Made by a program: the position numbers and the translations under genes. A DNA stretch of 64,000 nt, taken from Negaprion brevirostris (lineage: Eukaryota). This document shows positions 36,795 to 50,292 of the stretch, in pieces (within the stretch, counting starts at the first letter, position 1; every line of letters starts with the position of its first letter). The notes beneath the pieces were generated by a model. It did no database searches, was not told where the DNA came from, and worked only from the letters and a program-made list of their open reading frames with translations. The stretch lies in the NCBI GenBank assembly GCA_030324005.1, contig JARDVH010000001.1:118766502-118830501 (forward strand), read 5' to 3'.

Positions 36795-38902
36795 AGAGAC
36801 TCTTTTGGGACTGTTTAAGGTCTGCACAATTAAACTTTGGTTAGCTTTCAGAGATTCATCAAACAGGCTGTTAATTGTTAATTACTGCCAATGCATCGCC
36901 CTGAGATTAAAATTTAACTATTACAAGTGTGGAGACTCATTCCTTCATGTTTTACTTTGTTTGATTCATAGAAGCTTGCAGAAGGAGGCCATTTGGCCTA
37001 ACTTTGAAATAATTATCCAATTTTGTCCCATATCCCAATTTATTCCCCATAATCCTACAAATTAGTTCTCCTTAAATTCATGTCCAATTGCATTTTGAAA
37101 ATTCCCATGAAATCTGTTCCCACGACTATTTCAACTAATGTGTTTGAGATCTGTGTGGGAACATTTCTCCTAATTTCCCCTATACTTCATTTCCTGGTTC
37201 TTTCGCATCTATGAGCTCTCATAACAGACTACAGTTCAGCAGCGCAATCCTGGGCCTGTCTTATAAAAGACTCAGGCAATAAGTCTGTTACCAGGGGATT
37301 TGTACTCGATGAGCCCCACATGGAGATCAATCAGTGATTCCCCATGGATCTCATGGGGGTTATCACCGGCACCCACAAATCTGGCACGCAACTTCAGAAC
37401 TCAAGGGCTATGTCACATTTTGCTTCAGAATTCACAGGTGTCTAATAGTTTTCAAAATGCATTGATGGAGCACTGTGAACAGATCAGCTGAGGATGATTC
37501 ATGCTTGCAGAAGGAAATCCAAATACTATAAAGGCACAAGACATTCTTAGGGTCCAAATGAACTAGTGTTAGTGCTTTAAGAATTCTGAAGTGGCAGCTC
37601 AGTGGTGTACTAGGACATTGTGTTATTTTGTGATAACATGCAGATAGGCACATAGTATTGCACATGGGCTGAGTTGCCGATCTGAGCTGCACTGTTGGAT
37701 TTAAATGGCAAGTAGAGATGAAGAGCTTCTATACAGGACTCAAGAGAGAAAATGATTGATGTGTCAATCCCCCCTGCCACTGGCTGATGTCATCTTACTT
37801 CATAGCAGTCAGTTCCAGAGCATCATTGGCAGACATGTGGTAAGGCAGACAGAAAGAAGATAGGCAAAAAGCACAAGTAGCAATGTTGAATTTGGCCTGC
37901 ATTATTAAATTAATTGCTTGCAATTACCTACTTTCTCAGCCTCAAAACATTAACCATGCTAGAAAATCATTTCTTTTGAGAGCTCCATTACAGTAAGATT
38001 TTTTACTTGTGATTGCTGTACATATGACAGTCTGTCCTGGCTAAGCATGAAGGAATAGCAGCAGTAATGTAGCATACTATTAACACCCCAGTGCTGGTCA
38101 GTCCATGATGACTTCTGAGATCTGTCTTTATTGTGTCGTGTTCAATCTGTTTAGTAACCTGCTTCAGCCTGAGATTAAAATCAAGAAGCCACAAGCCAAT
38201 TTTTAAAAAAATCTGTATGCTTCTGTTTTGGTGGGAGCAGGTTGAAGGAGATGCAAGTGTATCTCAAAATAAAACTGAGAATCTGTAGGTTTTGTGAGAC
38301 TAGATATGTACAAGGCTTGCTGTGCCATGGCAACATTGTATCTGCATGCTTGTCATTTTTCACTGCCTTACTATACTGAGCCATAAGTGTTAATGACCAC
38401 TGTTCAGTCTCTCTCTTAATCTACTTCACTATCTACTCAAATACCTCAAAGCACTGAAATACTCTGGAGATGTGATTGCATTTAGATGGACACTGAAGGG
38501 AGTGAAACAGAACAGGAGTATGGGCACAGCAGAGTTGAGGTGCAGGGGTTGATGAACGTTGGCCCATGCCTTTGGAGGACAAATTCACCTTGGTGCCTTT
38601 CCCATAACTCATGAATGTTGACTTGAAATTATGACAATAGAGCACAAGNNNNNNNNNNNNNNNNNNNNNNNNNNNNNNTTTAAATCTGAGTCACGTTGCA
38701 ACAGTCTGGTAGTATTGTGGTAGTATAAAAGGCACTTGATCAATGATTATTGTTGCTATGAGATTGAACCCTGAGACTATTAGATTTTGTCAACCAATGT
38801 GTTTGAGGAGTTTCTGATACTTTCCAGTAGAACACTGTCCCCTGCTTCACTATTGTCCAGTAGCTACCCTTCACTGACTAGTCGCTGACAAACTATAGAT
38901 GT

Positions 38903-39046
38903 TAGCCAAGATGTGGAGATGCTGGAGTTGAACTGGGGTGGGCATGGTAAGAGTGACTCACCTGTTGAAGGAGCAGCACTCTGAAAACTCATGATTCCAA
39001 ATAAACCTGTTAGACTTTAACCTGGTGCTGTGAGACTTTTTATTGT
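38903..39046 (+). mobile_element. Short Penelope-like shark repeat with 12-bp TSD
   Basis: gaaggagcagcactctgaaaactc...aaataaacctgttagactttaacctggtg. Flanked by AACTATAGATGT at 38891-38902 and 39047-39058. Confidence 0.75.
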
Positions 39047-39279
39047 AACTATAGATGTGGTTACAATGATATTGTTTCAACCAAATACATTAAATGTTGT
39101 AGAAAATGCCATACTCACAATATGGGTAACTGTACTTCACGTTTATAATTGTTTAGTGAACATTTACCACCATTTGCTGCAAAACTTTACAGTCTTTTTA
39201 ACCAACATTTAAAGTTCTCACTTGAGTTTATTGGAGACATCAAGGCCAAAGTGAAGATCCACTCAAAAGATGCATGTTC

Positions 39280-40560
39280 CATATGATGTAGGCAACACAT
39301 TGCTATAATTGCAGCATGTTAACTGCTTTGTTACGTGGCTGCGTGACTCAGCAAAAATCATGAGAAGCTGGCAAGAATTAAAGCCAATGTGCAGGGGAAG
39401 TGCATTGTAGCTGGAGCAACTGATGGAAATTCTTGCAAAAGTCACAGTGGGACTGAGTAATGGCACAGCATGGCAGAGAATATACTGTAGATTCTCAGAT
39501 GCTGCANNNNNNNNNNNNNNNNNNNNNNNNNNNNNNNNNNNNNNNNNNNNNNNNNNNNNNNNNNNNNNNNNNNNNNNNNNNNNNNNNNNNNNNNNNNNNN
39601 NNNNNNNNNNNNNNNNNNNNNNNNNNNNNNNNNNNNNNNNNNNNNNNNNNNNNNNNNNNGTTCAATGACCTACATGAGCAGTCATGGTGAATTAATTCAT
39701 CATCAAATGTCATCCTACCGACTCTATCATGAGAGCAGACATTGTTCAATTCACCACACCCCCATCCTTCACCTAACTACTTTTTGTATCCATCAGAACT
39801 TCTATGAACATGCTTATGCTTCACCTCACCCTTGCACACTTAGCATTGCCGAAAGTCTCATACCTTATCTCCCAGTATGCAAATACTGCTAGTAATTCAA
39901 CCGTGATAGCCAAATTGCCCAAAATATTTGCACAGCAATCATTGAACCACTTCCCACTCTTACAAGACGAGGTGGCATGTAACTGGAGGCATCAGGCGAG
40001 AAACAGCCACAGCTACATATCCTTACGTCCATGCAAGAGATGATGCTCACCATCGTTATTGTGCCTAATGCTGAAACCAAGGTCAGTGATGAGATTAAAA
40101 TTATAGAAGGTGACATAATCGTCCTTTTCACGCCCCAGTTCCCCCTCATTCCACAACCTCTTTTGTTTTGCAAACTGCTGACGTTTTAACCATGCGCCTC
40201 TTTCATTTCCCTTCCACTCCTCACCCAACTCTCCACTGCTGCCTTTCTTCTTTTAGATGCCTGATACTTGACCAGGCAGTGATGGAAGAGCAACAGATGC
40301 AAAAGCAACAAGATACCAATGATGAAGAAACAGTATTGATTTTACGTTCTCAGCAATCAGATACCAGTATTGTATGTAATTTAGGAGGTAGCATAGACAT
40401 AAGAATCACAAATGGTGAGATCCTGGGCACGAGTGGCCTGCAGCTAGAGCAGGAGGCAAGACTTGCACAGATGTCAGCTCGACAGTGCATGAGGTTGCGC
40501 ATGAATTCCACTGCAAAGGATTTCAATAGGGAAGACTACAGAAGACTGTTGAGTATGTTA
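39280..40560. mobile_element. PIF/Harbinger relic with divergent Myb/SANT-like ORF (+) and possible transposase remnant (-)
   Basis: Plus strand MAQHGRE..RFSDAA at 39460 and FNDL just after the gap resemble the Myb/SANT-like partner protein of Harbingers, followed by acidic low-complexity coding remnants (EEQQMQKQQDTNDEE). Minus-strand NALP.. (~39400) is only weakly HARBI-like. Confidence 0.55.
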
Positions 40561-43379
40561 TGGTTAAAACTGACACACTGGTCAATGAAAGAGGGGCAGT
40601 CAAAGGCAGGACTGTTGGTGAATGGGGAACTGGGATTCCATTTATGGTAGGATGTGTTTTTTTTTACATACACCTAGGTTAGTTGCTCTTTCCCTCTTCC
40701 TCATGCTCCTCTTCCTCTTTATCTACTCTTTGATCCTCAACTGCCCAGCTACTGGTGGCACGAATTGTGCCTTCATGATGGTGAGGTTGTACAGCATACA
40801 GCAGCTCACTTCAAACCTTGAAAGGTGCATTGTTGAGCACTATGGAACTCCTCCAGAGTGGTATACAGAGTTGAAGCTTTATTTCTACGTACCAATCAGT
40901 GGTCGGCTCTGTCACATTTCATGTGGCAGCGTGACATTTCATGTATGCATTCTATCTACATGTGCATGGGTTATACACTAACGACATGAGTCACTCCATT
41001 AGTGTATTGAGTTTGCCACAGTGGCTCAAATTCAGCTGTCACAGGGGCCTGCTGCAGAATGAAGGCACTGTGATTATTGCCAGATGACTAAGATTTAATC
41101 TATAAGTTTTAGTGACTATGGTCACTGGAGTGAAATCCTTTCTGTTGCGGTGTATCTTAGAATTGATATGTGATGCTCAAAAGACAACATGAGTGCACCA
41201 TGGCACCATGTGCTAAGGGTAACTGCACATTCTAATATCTTTTACATTTGTACCAACAAAGATATTAACGTTCACATTGAAATCCCATGTCATATTGCTC
41301 AATTTTTGCACACTAATCAAAAATGGAATTAGCTCCGTCTGGATTCCCAATTAGCCTGATATGAATAGTATCTAAAGTAATAGACCACACAGTCCTCATA
41401 GGATTCATCTGCCCACTTTGCACAGGAAAAAATTATAGAATGAGAATAGGGCCATGATGCCTGTTCCTTTTTATAAATTGTCCTGTCAAAGATTCCGTTC
41501 AATTAATCTCATCTCATCTAAAAAAAATGTCATTGCAGATCTAACCAGATAGAGCTCTGCTGGTGTCTTTAGGATATTTTAGAAATTTGATTATTTTGAG
41601 ACTGGATATCCTGCAGTAATTCAGATGAACATTTCAATGGGGAGTTCTGCAGAAGAACATTGATTGCATTATGGCTAAGCTGACACACTGATGGTCAACG
41701 AAAGAGGGACAGTCAAAAATCAGGACTGCTGGTGAATGAGCAATTGGGGCTCCATTTATAGTAGGATAGATTTTTTTACATGCAGCCTAATCAGAAAGTA
41801 GCTGCCTCGGTTACTTGCCCTTTTCCTCTTCCTCCTGTTTCTCCTAAACATGTTGCAATGAATGAAGAAGTGAATTTGCATGCAGTAATTACTTGCTATT
41901 GTGGGTTATAGTTTGTTGTATGCAGCTATAACTCAACTAAAACTAAAAAGGAGGAAACATCCAAGGCAGTCCAATTTACTGAATAAAAACTGAACAAAAA
42001 TAAATGTCGTCTGAATTTAACAAATCATAGGAAGGTAGAAGGAAGAATGAGTTCAATCCTGCCAGAAACAATATGCAATCAATCATATTTAATTTGTTTA
42101 GGAAATATTCCGCAAAGTTTCTCCCTGGCTTTCTGAAAAGGAAAATGGCAAAGATTCCATAATGTTTAATCTAATCCTGCACCCTGTATCCTACACGTTC
42201 TTTCTTTGACTGGATGATCCATAATTCTTCCATGGTTTTACCAGATCAAGAAACGTCAAGTTCCATGCAGCGTGTGGTCAACTTTATCTGTGTGTATTCA
42301 TTGAAGCGTCAATTTTAATGATGAACCAAATATCATCTGTCTGGCGCTTTTTAAAGATGAAAACCGTAACACTCTGATTCCCGTTGCAGTCACACACAAA
42401 CTTCAAGTTATTCAAGCTGTTCTTGATCTTGGGTGGGAAAGGGGTCCTCTATCAGAAGCCCCTTCTGACTAGAGGACTAGGAGTGCACAGTCCACCCCTC
42501 CACTCCATCCCAGACTGGACATACTCAAATTTCCACCCTTTACCCCCTCCATCTCCAGCTCCCCTCCTCTCTGGGCACACACGCCGCACCTCCGGCCTTA
42601 CTCCTCTCCGGGACCCTACCCTCTTCACCCTCGCTCTTTGCCCCACATGCCCTCTTCCCACCCCATTCCCCCCACTCCTCTCCAGGGACGACCTCTTCTC
42701 TCTGACCCCGATCCCAGTCTTCTCCAGAACCCCGTTTCACACCTCTCTCTGGCTGAGGTCCAACCCCAACCCCTCTCTTCCTTTGTGGCCGCCGTCTGAT
42801 GCACATCCATGATAATAGGGCCTGACACAGAACAAAATAGGTTGTAGGGACAGATCGCAGTCTGTGTGACTATTCATGTTGGGATTAAGTTGATTGATGT
42901 ATNNNNNNNNNNNNNNNNNNNNNNNNNNNNNNNNNNNNNNNNNNNNNNNNNNNNNNNNNNNNNNNNNNNNNNNNNNNNNNNNNNNNNNNNNNNNNNNNNN
43001 NNCTCCCCCCCATCCCTCCCCATTCCTCTCACAAACTTCCAGGACATCCAATACCCTCCCCTCCCTTTCCCACGACCCTTGCTATTTACATCACACTAGC
43101 TCCCTGCTCCTAATCCCGCATGATGCTGCAGTGTCTCTTCTGGCCATTGTAGCGCTGTGTTCAATTGCGCTGGACAATTGACCGACAGCTCTCTAAGATG
43201 GGACTTCCTCCCAAGTGCAGATGGAAATCCCACCTGCTGTCAATCAGTGCTCATTTGTGTGTGAAATGGCGTGGGCCTGCCGGAGTCAGCAGGAATATAT
43301 TGTCTGCCAATTATTAAAAATTATTGTTATTAAAATAATTTCCATGCTCTGCATTCCACTCGAATAAAACCCTAGTGCT

Positions 43380-44230
43380 GACACCCAGATCACAAAATAG
43401 GAAGCGTCATCATCTCTTGAACGAACTTGAAGGATGTGTCCCTGCCATCTGAAAAATTCACTCCTAAGAATTCAGTAAGATCTGCATACATTCTTTTAAA
43501 CTCCAGTGAGTACATATACCTATTCTATCTAATCCCTCATCATTGGACAATGCTCTTATGCCAGGAATCAATCTAGTGAACTTTTGTTGCACCCTCTCTC
43601 TTTGGCAAGTATATCCTTCATATCAAAACTGTGCACAGTTCCCTCAAAGTGGTCTCATTAAAACTCCGTGGAATTTTAGCAAGGTTTCATTATTGTGTTT
43701 TTTGTGTTGTTTAAAAAAAGCAAACGTAGGATTTGTCCTTCTAATTACTTTTTTTACCTTCATGGTTAACTTTGTGTTTTGCATACAAGGTCACAGAAAT
43801 TCTCCTGAACACCAAATTTAATTGTTTCTCACCATTTTAAAAATATTCTATTTTTCTATTCTTCCTACTAAGCTGATTAACCCAATACCTCCGCACATTT
43901 TACTCTGTCTGCCACCTTCCTGCCCACTCACTTTACCTGTCTATGTCCCTTTTGCAGACTCTTTGTATCCTTCATCGCAGCTTACTTTTACACCTAACTT
44001 TGTGTCATCATCAAACTTGGATGCATTACTCAGTCTCTTCTTTATCAGAAATCATGAATATAAATTGTAAATAGCTGCAGACCAAACACTGATCCTTATG
44101 ACATCCTAAAAGTAATAGCCTGTCAACCCAGAAATGATGTCTTTATTCCAACTCTTGGCTTTCTGTTCTTTAAAGCAATCCTCTAACCATACTAATGTAT
44201 TGCTGCAAACCCATGAACCCTTAAGCAGCA
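43380..44230 (-). mobile_element. Old CR1 LINE fragment
   Basis: ccaggaatcaatctagtgaac; aactgtgcacagt; ctaactttgtgtcatcatcaaactt (reverse complement encodes KFDDDTKL); actgatcc. Confidence 0.75.
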
Positions 44231-45171
44231 TCATCTCAGTTCTGCGCAAAAGTGACAGACTAGTTTATGGCCTGAAGAGAAGGGCAAAGCAAAAGATTCA
44301 GCAGAGCGGGAAAAGGGGAAGAAATGAAGGAAACAAAGGCTCAAAAGCCAAGAGAAAGAACAACTGAATAAATGAGAGAAAACAAAAATGTGCCACACAC
44401 ACACTTGTATCCTCATTCAATTTTTAATCAGACTATGTCAGAAGCTACAAGAACGAATTTTACTTGAAATAATTTGGCTTAAAATGATTTAAAAAAAACT
44501 GTTTTTCTAGTCTGATGGGGGAGCTTCTTCCAAAATTATTTTGAGTATTTCCCCACTAAGAAGTAAGGTTTAAAATTCTTAAGATTTGCACAGTTTAGAA
44601 AATCAAGAGAGCACATCTGTTGCAAAAATAGTTATTTATCGATGCCTAATCTTTGCCTTCCATAAGGAAATGACAGTGCAGCTGCTACAGTGCATTCTGG
44701 GCCAGGCAGCTCAATTCGTTCCAGTTGCATGCTTGCGGTACACATGAATGTGCTGCGAAACATGATTAAAATCTGATATAAGCAACGGGGAGCCATTCCT
44801 GCTGACCACAGATGTAATGGAAAGTCCCAAGCAACCGCCCCACAACCTCCTATTTATTTTAGTGAATTGAAGAATCTGAGAACCTGCCTGTGGATTTCCA
44901 ATATTTTCTACCAATTGCAGAGGCATCCCTTTGGTAGCATAAATGATTTTGATACGCAACCAACAAATTTGCACAGAACCAACGTGATCTATGGACGGCT
45001 GCCAATTCCCACAAGTTGGACTGAATTAGTTGCTTCTGCGTGAAGAACGTAGTTGTTGTGCCTGTTTCCAAAATGAATTTTACCAAACTTACAAAACAAC
45101 TATATTGGCTTTTCATTTTGGCTAATAAAGATGTCATTGCCAGGAGTTCTATGACTTTCAGCTGTGGCTCG

Positions 45172-45805
45172 GTTAGAGTCAAAAGGGTTTATAGCATGGA
45201 AACAGGCCTTATGGCCCAACTTGTCCATGCTACCCAGTTTTTAACCACTAACCTAGTCCCAATTACCCACATTTGGCTCTTATCCCTCTCTACCCATCTT
45301 ACCCATGTAACNNNNNNNNNNNNNNNNNNNNNNNNNNNNNNNNNNNNNNNNNNNNNNNNNNNNNNNNNNNNNNNNNNNNNNNNNNNNNNNNNNNNNNNNN
45401 NNNNNNNNNNNNNNNNNNNNNNNNNNNNNNNNNNNNNNNNNNNNNNNNNNNNNNNNNNNNNNNNNNNNNNNNNNNNNNNNNNNNNNNNNNNNNNNNNNNN
45501 NNNNNNNNNNNNNNNNNNNNNNNNNNNNNNNNNNNNNNCACCCCTAAGCCTCCTATGCTCCAGGAAAAAACGTCTCAGCTTAGCCAGCCTCTTCTTATGA
45601 CCCAAACCATCAAGTCCTGGTAGCAATCCTAGTAAATCTTTCCTGCACGCTTTGTAGTTTAATAACATCCTTTCTATATTAGGGTGACCAGAACTGTATA
45701 CAGTATTCCACGTGTGGCCATACTAATGTCTTGTACAACTTCAACGAGATGCCCCAACTTCTGTATTCAATGTTCTGACCAATGAAACCAAGCATGCTGA
45801 ATGCT
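45172..45805 (-). mobile_element. CR1 LINE 3' portion (spans N gap), apparently inserted in the head of a Deu-SINE
   Basis: agcatggaaacaggcc...gtccatgc tail and ggtgaccagaactgtatacagtattcca. The SINE head cagctgtggctc lies left of it and continues to the right. Confidence 0.85.
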
Positions 45806-45809
45806 TGGC

Positions 45810-46240
45810 AGCTCATTTGGTAGTTGGTAGAACTCTTGCCTCTGAATCAATAAATTGAGAGTTGAAGTTCCACTCCATTGAGGAACTAAGGGACTGCTGC
45901 ACTGTCAGAGATCTTTTCTTTTGAATGCGATNNNNNNNNNNATGAGATATCAAGCTAAAGTCGTGCCTGCTCTGTCCAGTGAATTTAACAGCTTTTGTGG
46001 CACTCTTTTGAAGAAGAGCAGGGGAGTTGTCCTGGGTATCCAGGCCTACATTTATCCCTCAACCACCATCACTAAAAATCGGATTGTTTTGACAATACCT
46101 CATTGCTGTTTGTGGGACTTTGTTGTTTTGTTTCTAATATCACAACAGTACCAATATTCCAAAAGTATACCATTGGCTGCAAAGCACTTTTGGACACCCT
46201 GGGGTTGTGAAAGAGGTTATATAAATACACATCCTTCTTT
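45810..46240 (+). mobile_element. Deu-domain (SacSINE1-like) SINE
   Basis: ggtagaactcttgcctctgaatca head; gaagaagagcaggggagtt...atttatccctcaacca core; ggttgtgaaagaggttatataaatac tail. Confidence 0.8.
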
Positions 46241-46299
46241 CTACTGAGCATCAAGAAAAAAAAGGTTCTATTCATCAACCCTCTGACACCAGGCAGCGG

Positions 46300-46390
46300 T
46301 GTTATGGAGATGGACTGGATGGGACTGTTGTCGGCGCAGGCTTAATGGGCCAAATGGCCACTGTCAGCATTGTAGGTTTTCTATAATTCT
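46300..46390 (+). mobile_element. HE1 SINE 3' fragment
   Basis: gggactgttgtcggcgcaggcttaatgggccaaatggcc...gcattgtagg. Confidence 0.65.
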
Positions 46391-47519
46391 GTGCAGAGAA
46401 TTAGTAAAGGAGGTCTGCAGGTCTTCAAGTAATGTGGGGAGTTGTTTACTGATCTTCCATCTTAATACATCCCTGATAGTACTGGAAGTGACAGATGCTT
46501 GGCCAAATCCAAACCATCCTATTGCTCTAAAACCTAGTGTGGTTGGAGTTTTGTCCTCTATAGGACAGTGGTAAAGTCCCATTGTCCTCTCAATAATTAG
46601 AGTGACAATCTCCCTCCATAGTTTAAATTTATTATTGGTCTCTCTCAATATCAAATGCACCTCTATGGGATATTTGTAGTCCTAACACCTGAAGGTCAGG
46701 CCTGGAACTCCAAATTTTCCAAATTATTCCTTATACATAAAGTTGCAATCTTGGTCACCCTTTATGATCACCAATGCTAAAGTCCCCTGGCTTGATAGTT
46801 CCACATGCCAATTTAAATCCAGTGGATTCACTAATAACTTGGTTTTATGCTCATTTCTAATGGAAATTTGAATCTCCAGAAAATTTTCAGTCATTAAAGG
46901 CATGTTAATGGTATTAACAGTTACTAAGGACACAGCTGTATGTGGCACATCACTAAGTCGCTTATCAGTTTGCTGCACTGCTTTGTCGACAAGTAAACCA
47001 AATAATTATTGTTGCTTCCTTTGTTGAAGGAACAATAACTGTACTTTCATAATTCAGCTAGTACCTTCATAATTCAGCTTCCATATAAGATTTTGTGCTC
47101 TAATGCCACACTTAACTGAGGCAAATAACCAGCTCTCCCCCTCCCCTCCCTTGGTCTGAATTACAAGCTGAGGTACAAAGCCCAGACTAATGAGTAGCAA
47201 TTCTCCTCAGTCATGCAGAAGATAACCCTGTGACTAGTCCCGCTCCCCAGGCACTGTGGAACTGATTGTGACTGCAGACAGCACTGGTTCCTGATGGAAA
47301 GACACACGTGCCTCCAGGGAGCTGCAAACATTGATTTGGTATACTTCTGGGTAGAATTGTTTATTCTTCTCTCTCGCACTGATTTCAACTGAAAATTGAA
47401 CTATTTAATTAGAAGGAAATCCCATTTCTAATGCAGAAAAGCCTGCAACAATCTTTTCTTTTACCTGTAATCCAGGAACAGAAATTTATTTCTTTACTCT
47501 TGTATGAAAAAGCATCTTA

Positions 47520-47725
47520 CCCAAGCCCATTCCCTGTCCTATCCCTATAACCCTGCGCATCCATCATGGCTAATGCACCTAACTTACACATCTTTAGACT
47601 GTGGGAGAAAACCAGAGCACTAGGAGGAAGCCCACACAGACACAGGGAGAACATGCCAACTCCACACCATCACCTAAGTCTGGAATCGAACCCAAGTCTA
47701 TGGCGCTGTGAGGCAGCAGTGCTAA
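47520..47725 (-). mobile_element. HE1-type SINE, truncated
   Basis: catggctaatgcacctaac...gactgtgggagaaaaccagagcac...ctgtgaggcagcagtgctaa. Confidence 0.85.
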
Positions 47726-48264
47726 TTTGTAATTTTATATTCCAGATTCATAAATTGAATTAAAATTCCACCATTTGCTATGGTGGCATTTGAACCCATG
47801 AAAGCATCTCCACTTAGGATGTACTGTAAGAGATTCAAAGTCTTATTTGCCATCAGCCGAAGAGTAGGAAGAAGGAATCTTTGTTTTGAGAATTGTAGAA
47901 ACAATGCTCTCATGAACAAAAGCAGACAACATTCAACTTTTACTGAAAGACAAATGTCCTCTCCATTTTGCTCCTGATCAGATATTCTATTGATTCACTG
48001 CGACAAATGGAACAAAGAATGGAAATAGTTTTCTGTCAATACAAGAAGGAATAGACACAGGCAAACTGTAGAATGTTGCTACGGATTATTGATCCCTATT
48101 GATTTTTGGACTGTTTGATGTAATGTACTTTATCTTAACTTTGCTACAAGCATCTGAATTCACCCAAATATCCAGCTTTGTGTAACTGTCTCTGAAGAGA
48201 CTTGAGGAGGAGCAAATTGAGTATATTTAAGGCTGAGGTAGTAAACGTGTTTTTAGAATGAGAG

Positions 48265-48945
48265 TGGAGGACTTCCTTTCCCACCAATGGAAAAATTGGC
48301 TGCAAACGCTTAACTGCTGATACTGGCTATCCTGCAGCCAATTAATGCTCCAAGTGTTAATTGACTGTAGATGGGTTTGATACCTCTCACTTGGAAAGAA
48401 GTCTCACCTCAAAGAACTGTTGGTCAATTTGATTGGCCACTAGCCATCTCATCCCAGGAACACCAGAAGTTCGAGTGGACAGGACTGGGATTGCAAGCAG
48501 TCTCCAGAGTCTCAAGCCCCAGGAGTCCAGAACAAGTAGGTGGGGGATGCCTCACCTCAGGGAGGAGGGATGAGTCATGGGAGGGCAAAGAAGAAGTTGG
48601 GTGAAGCTGTTGGTAGAGAGACTGAGAAGTCAAGGAGGCACACGCACTGAGTCCAGACCCTGTAGAGGGCTGGCCCAAGACTGAAAGGAGGTTGTTGATT
48701 GAGGTATGCCTCTGCCCCCCACCTCTGCAATACCACCCAAGACTTGGGTAGGATCAGTTTCTGGGTCAGGAACTCCTCCTGCCAGCCTGAAAATTGAGAC
48801 TTGCTGGCAACTAGTCCCCGAGTGGTAATTAATAGGCCACCTAAGGGCTTCATTTGGGGCAAGGGTGGTTTGAAAGCCATCCAAGAAATTTAGTGGTCCC
48901 TCCAGTGCCTGTAAACCCAATAGCCACAGAACTTAAAATTCTGCT
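48265..48945. mobile_element. Non-autonomous DNA-transposon-like insert nested in a CR1 3' end (CR1 pieces ~48200-48260 and ~48950-49095)
   Basis: CR1 attgagtatatttaaggctgaggtag resumes as atcaagggatatgagaaataggc after a GC-richer block ending taaaattctgc. Confidence 0.5.
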
Positions 48946-50292
48946 TTTGCTTTTTAAGGCAATCAAGGGATATGAGAAATAGGCAAGCAAGTGAAGTTGA
49001 GGCAGAAGGTCCCCAAAGGTCATTCTGATTCAAGGAGCAGGTGTGAAGGACCATACGGCCTACTCCAGCTCCTATTTTTAATGTTCCTGTTTCTATGATA
49101 ATCCACTAGAATATGTCTTTTTTCTAGTGAAAAACAGATATGCATCATTTCCTTCATGCAAATCTTTGCATATTTTAAAAATAAAATATTAATGCCCGAT
49201 TGGTGTTCAAAAATGCCCAGAGGGGATAATATGGGAAAAAGGTTGAAGTGCTTAAAATTAGGCTTCCTGTTTTTTGCGCATGTGTGAACAAGTGAGTGGT
49301 GCAGGAAGTTGAATTATCTGCTCTCCCTAGGAGAACTTTTGTCACCTTCAATAGCAGCTCTGTACCCAGTGACAGGACGGATTATGACATCCCTGAATAC
49401 AGACTCTCCATTCCAACTAGAATACTGTTCAGTTTTCTTCAAACACTGTAAACAAAGACCCATAGAAATTAAACCTGAACTGTTGAAAAATATCTTTTTC
49501 AACTTGAGCTGGTTGTAGCATGGATTTGTGCCAACATACTTCCGTTGCCAATTGGGTGATTTGCTGTGACCTCTGTCGGCCTTAATTTCATCCAGTTGCA
49601 ACTTCAAAAGTACTACAAAGCAGACAAGGTCTTTTTTGCACGGCAGTGATGTGAACCTTTAACAAAACATGCACATCTACACAAGCATTCACATACATTC
49701 CTTCTCCTTCATACCTTTGTGAACTACTAATGTAATTTTCAATGCAATTACTTTCTACAGATGCTTTAATGGGCAGCACTCTACAATATAATAAATACGT
49801 ATCTAGTTCTGGGAATTAAATGAGGCAAGTGAAGCATGAGAGCTCTTGGGGAACAGTGATCACAATATCTTTAGGTTTAATGTAGTTATGGAAAAGAACA
49901 ATGAAAAATTGAGCAACAACTACTTGAGGACAGTGACGTAAGTTTAAAAAGGGGTGTTGCTTGGGGAATTAAAATCACAAGAATGTTAGATAAAACAATA
50001 ATCAAACAATGGGGCTTTCAGGGAGGAGATGGTATGGGTAGAGGGTGGGAAGCAGTTCTACACGGGATAAAGGAAGATCATCTGAAACTAGGACCTCCTG
50101 GATGTCAAAGGGTATAAAATCAAGATGAAACAAAAGACGGTTTATAACAAACATAAATAACAGTAGAGTACCAAGCTGAGTACAGAGAGTGCACAGGAAA
50201 TCTAAAAAGGGAATGCTGAGACAAAAAAAAATTCCAAGCATATATTAGCACTTAACATAAAAGAGAACCTAAAAATATTATTTCTATGAACA

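Noticed and set aside
41225-41270. Plus-strand SNIFYICTNKD resembling the end of the preceding SORCS2 exon (FYICPTNKRK)
   Set aside because: It lacks the Pro, has no upstream RSSDFGT match and no splice donor at the expected position; chance similarity.
42384-43181. Several overlapping 70-140 aa ORFs
   Set aside because: They arise from a C/T-rich low-complexity tract and an N gap; no domain signal.
46364-46660. Minus-strand ORF faintly like an LTR-element RT thumb (KLWREIVT…PTT…IGWFGF)
   Set aside because: Too weak to support by eye, with no YxDD or neighbouring domains; would need an HMM search.
47041-47080. 20-bp tandem duplication (similar micro-duplications at ~21093, ~22128, ~58131)
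   Set aside because: Ordinary replication-slippage duplications with no sign of function.
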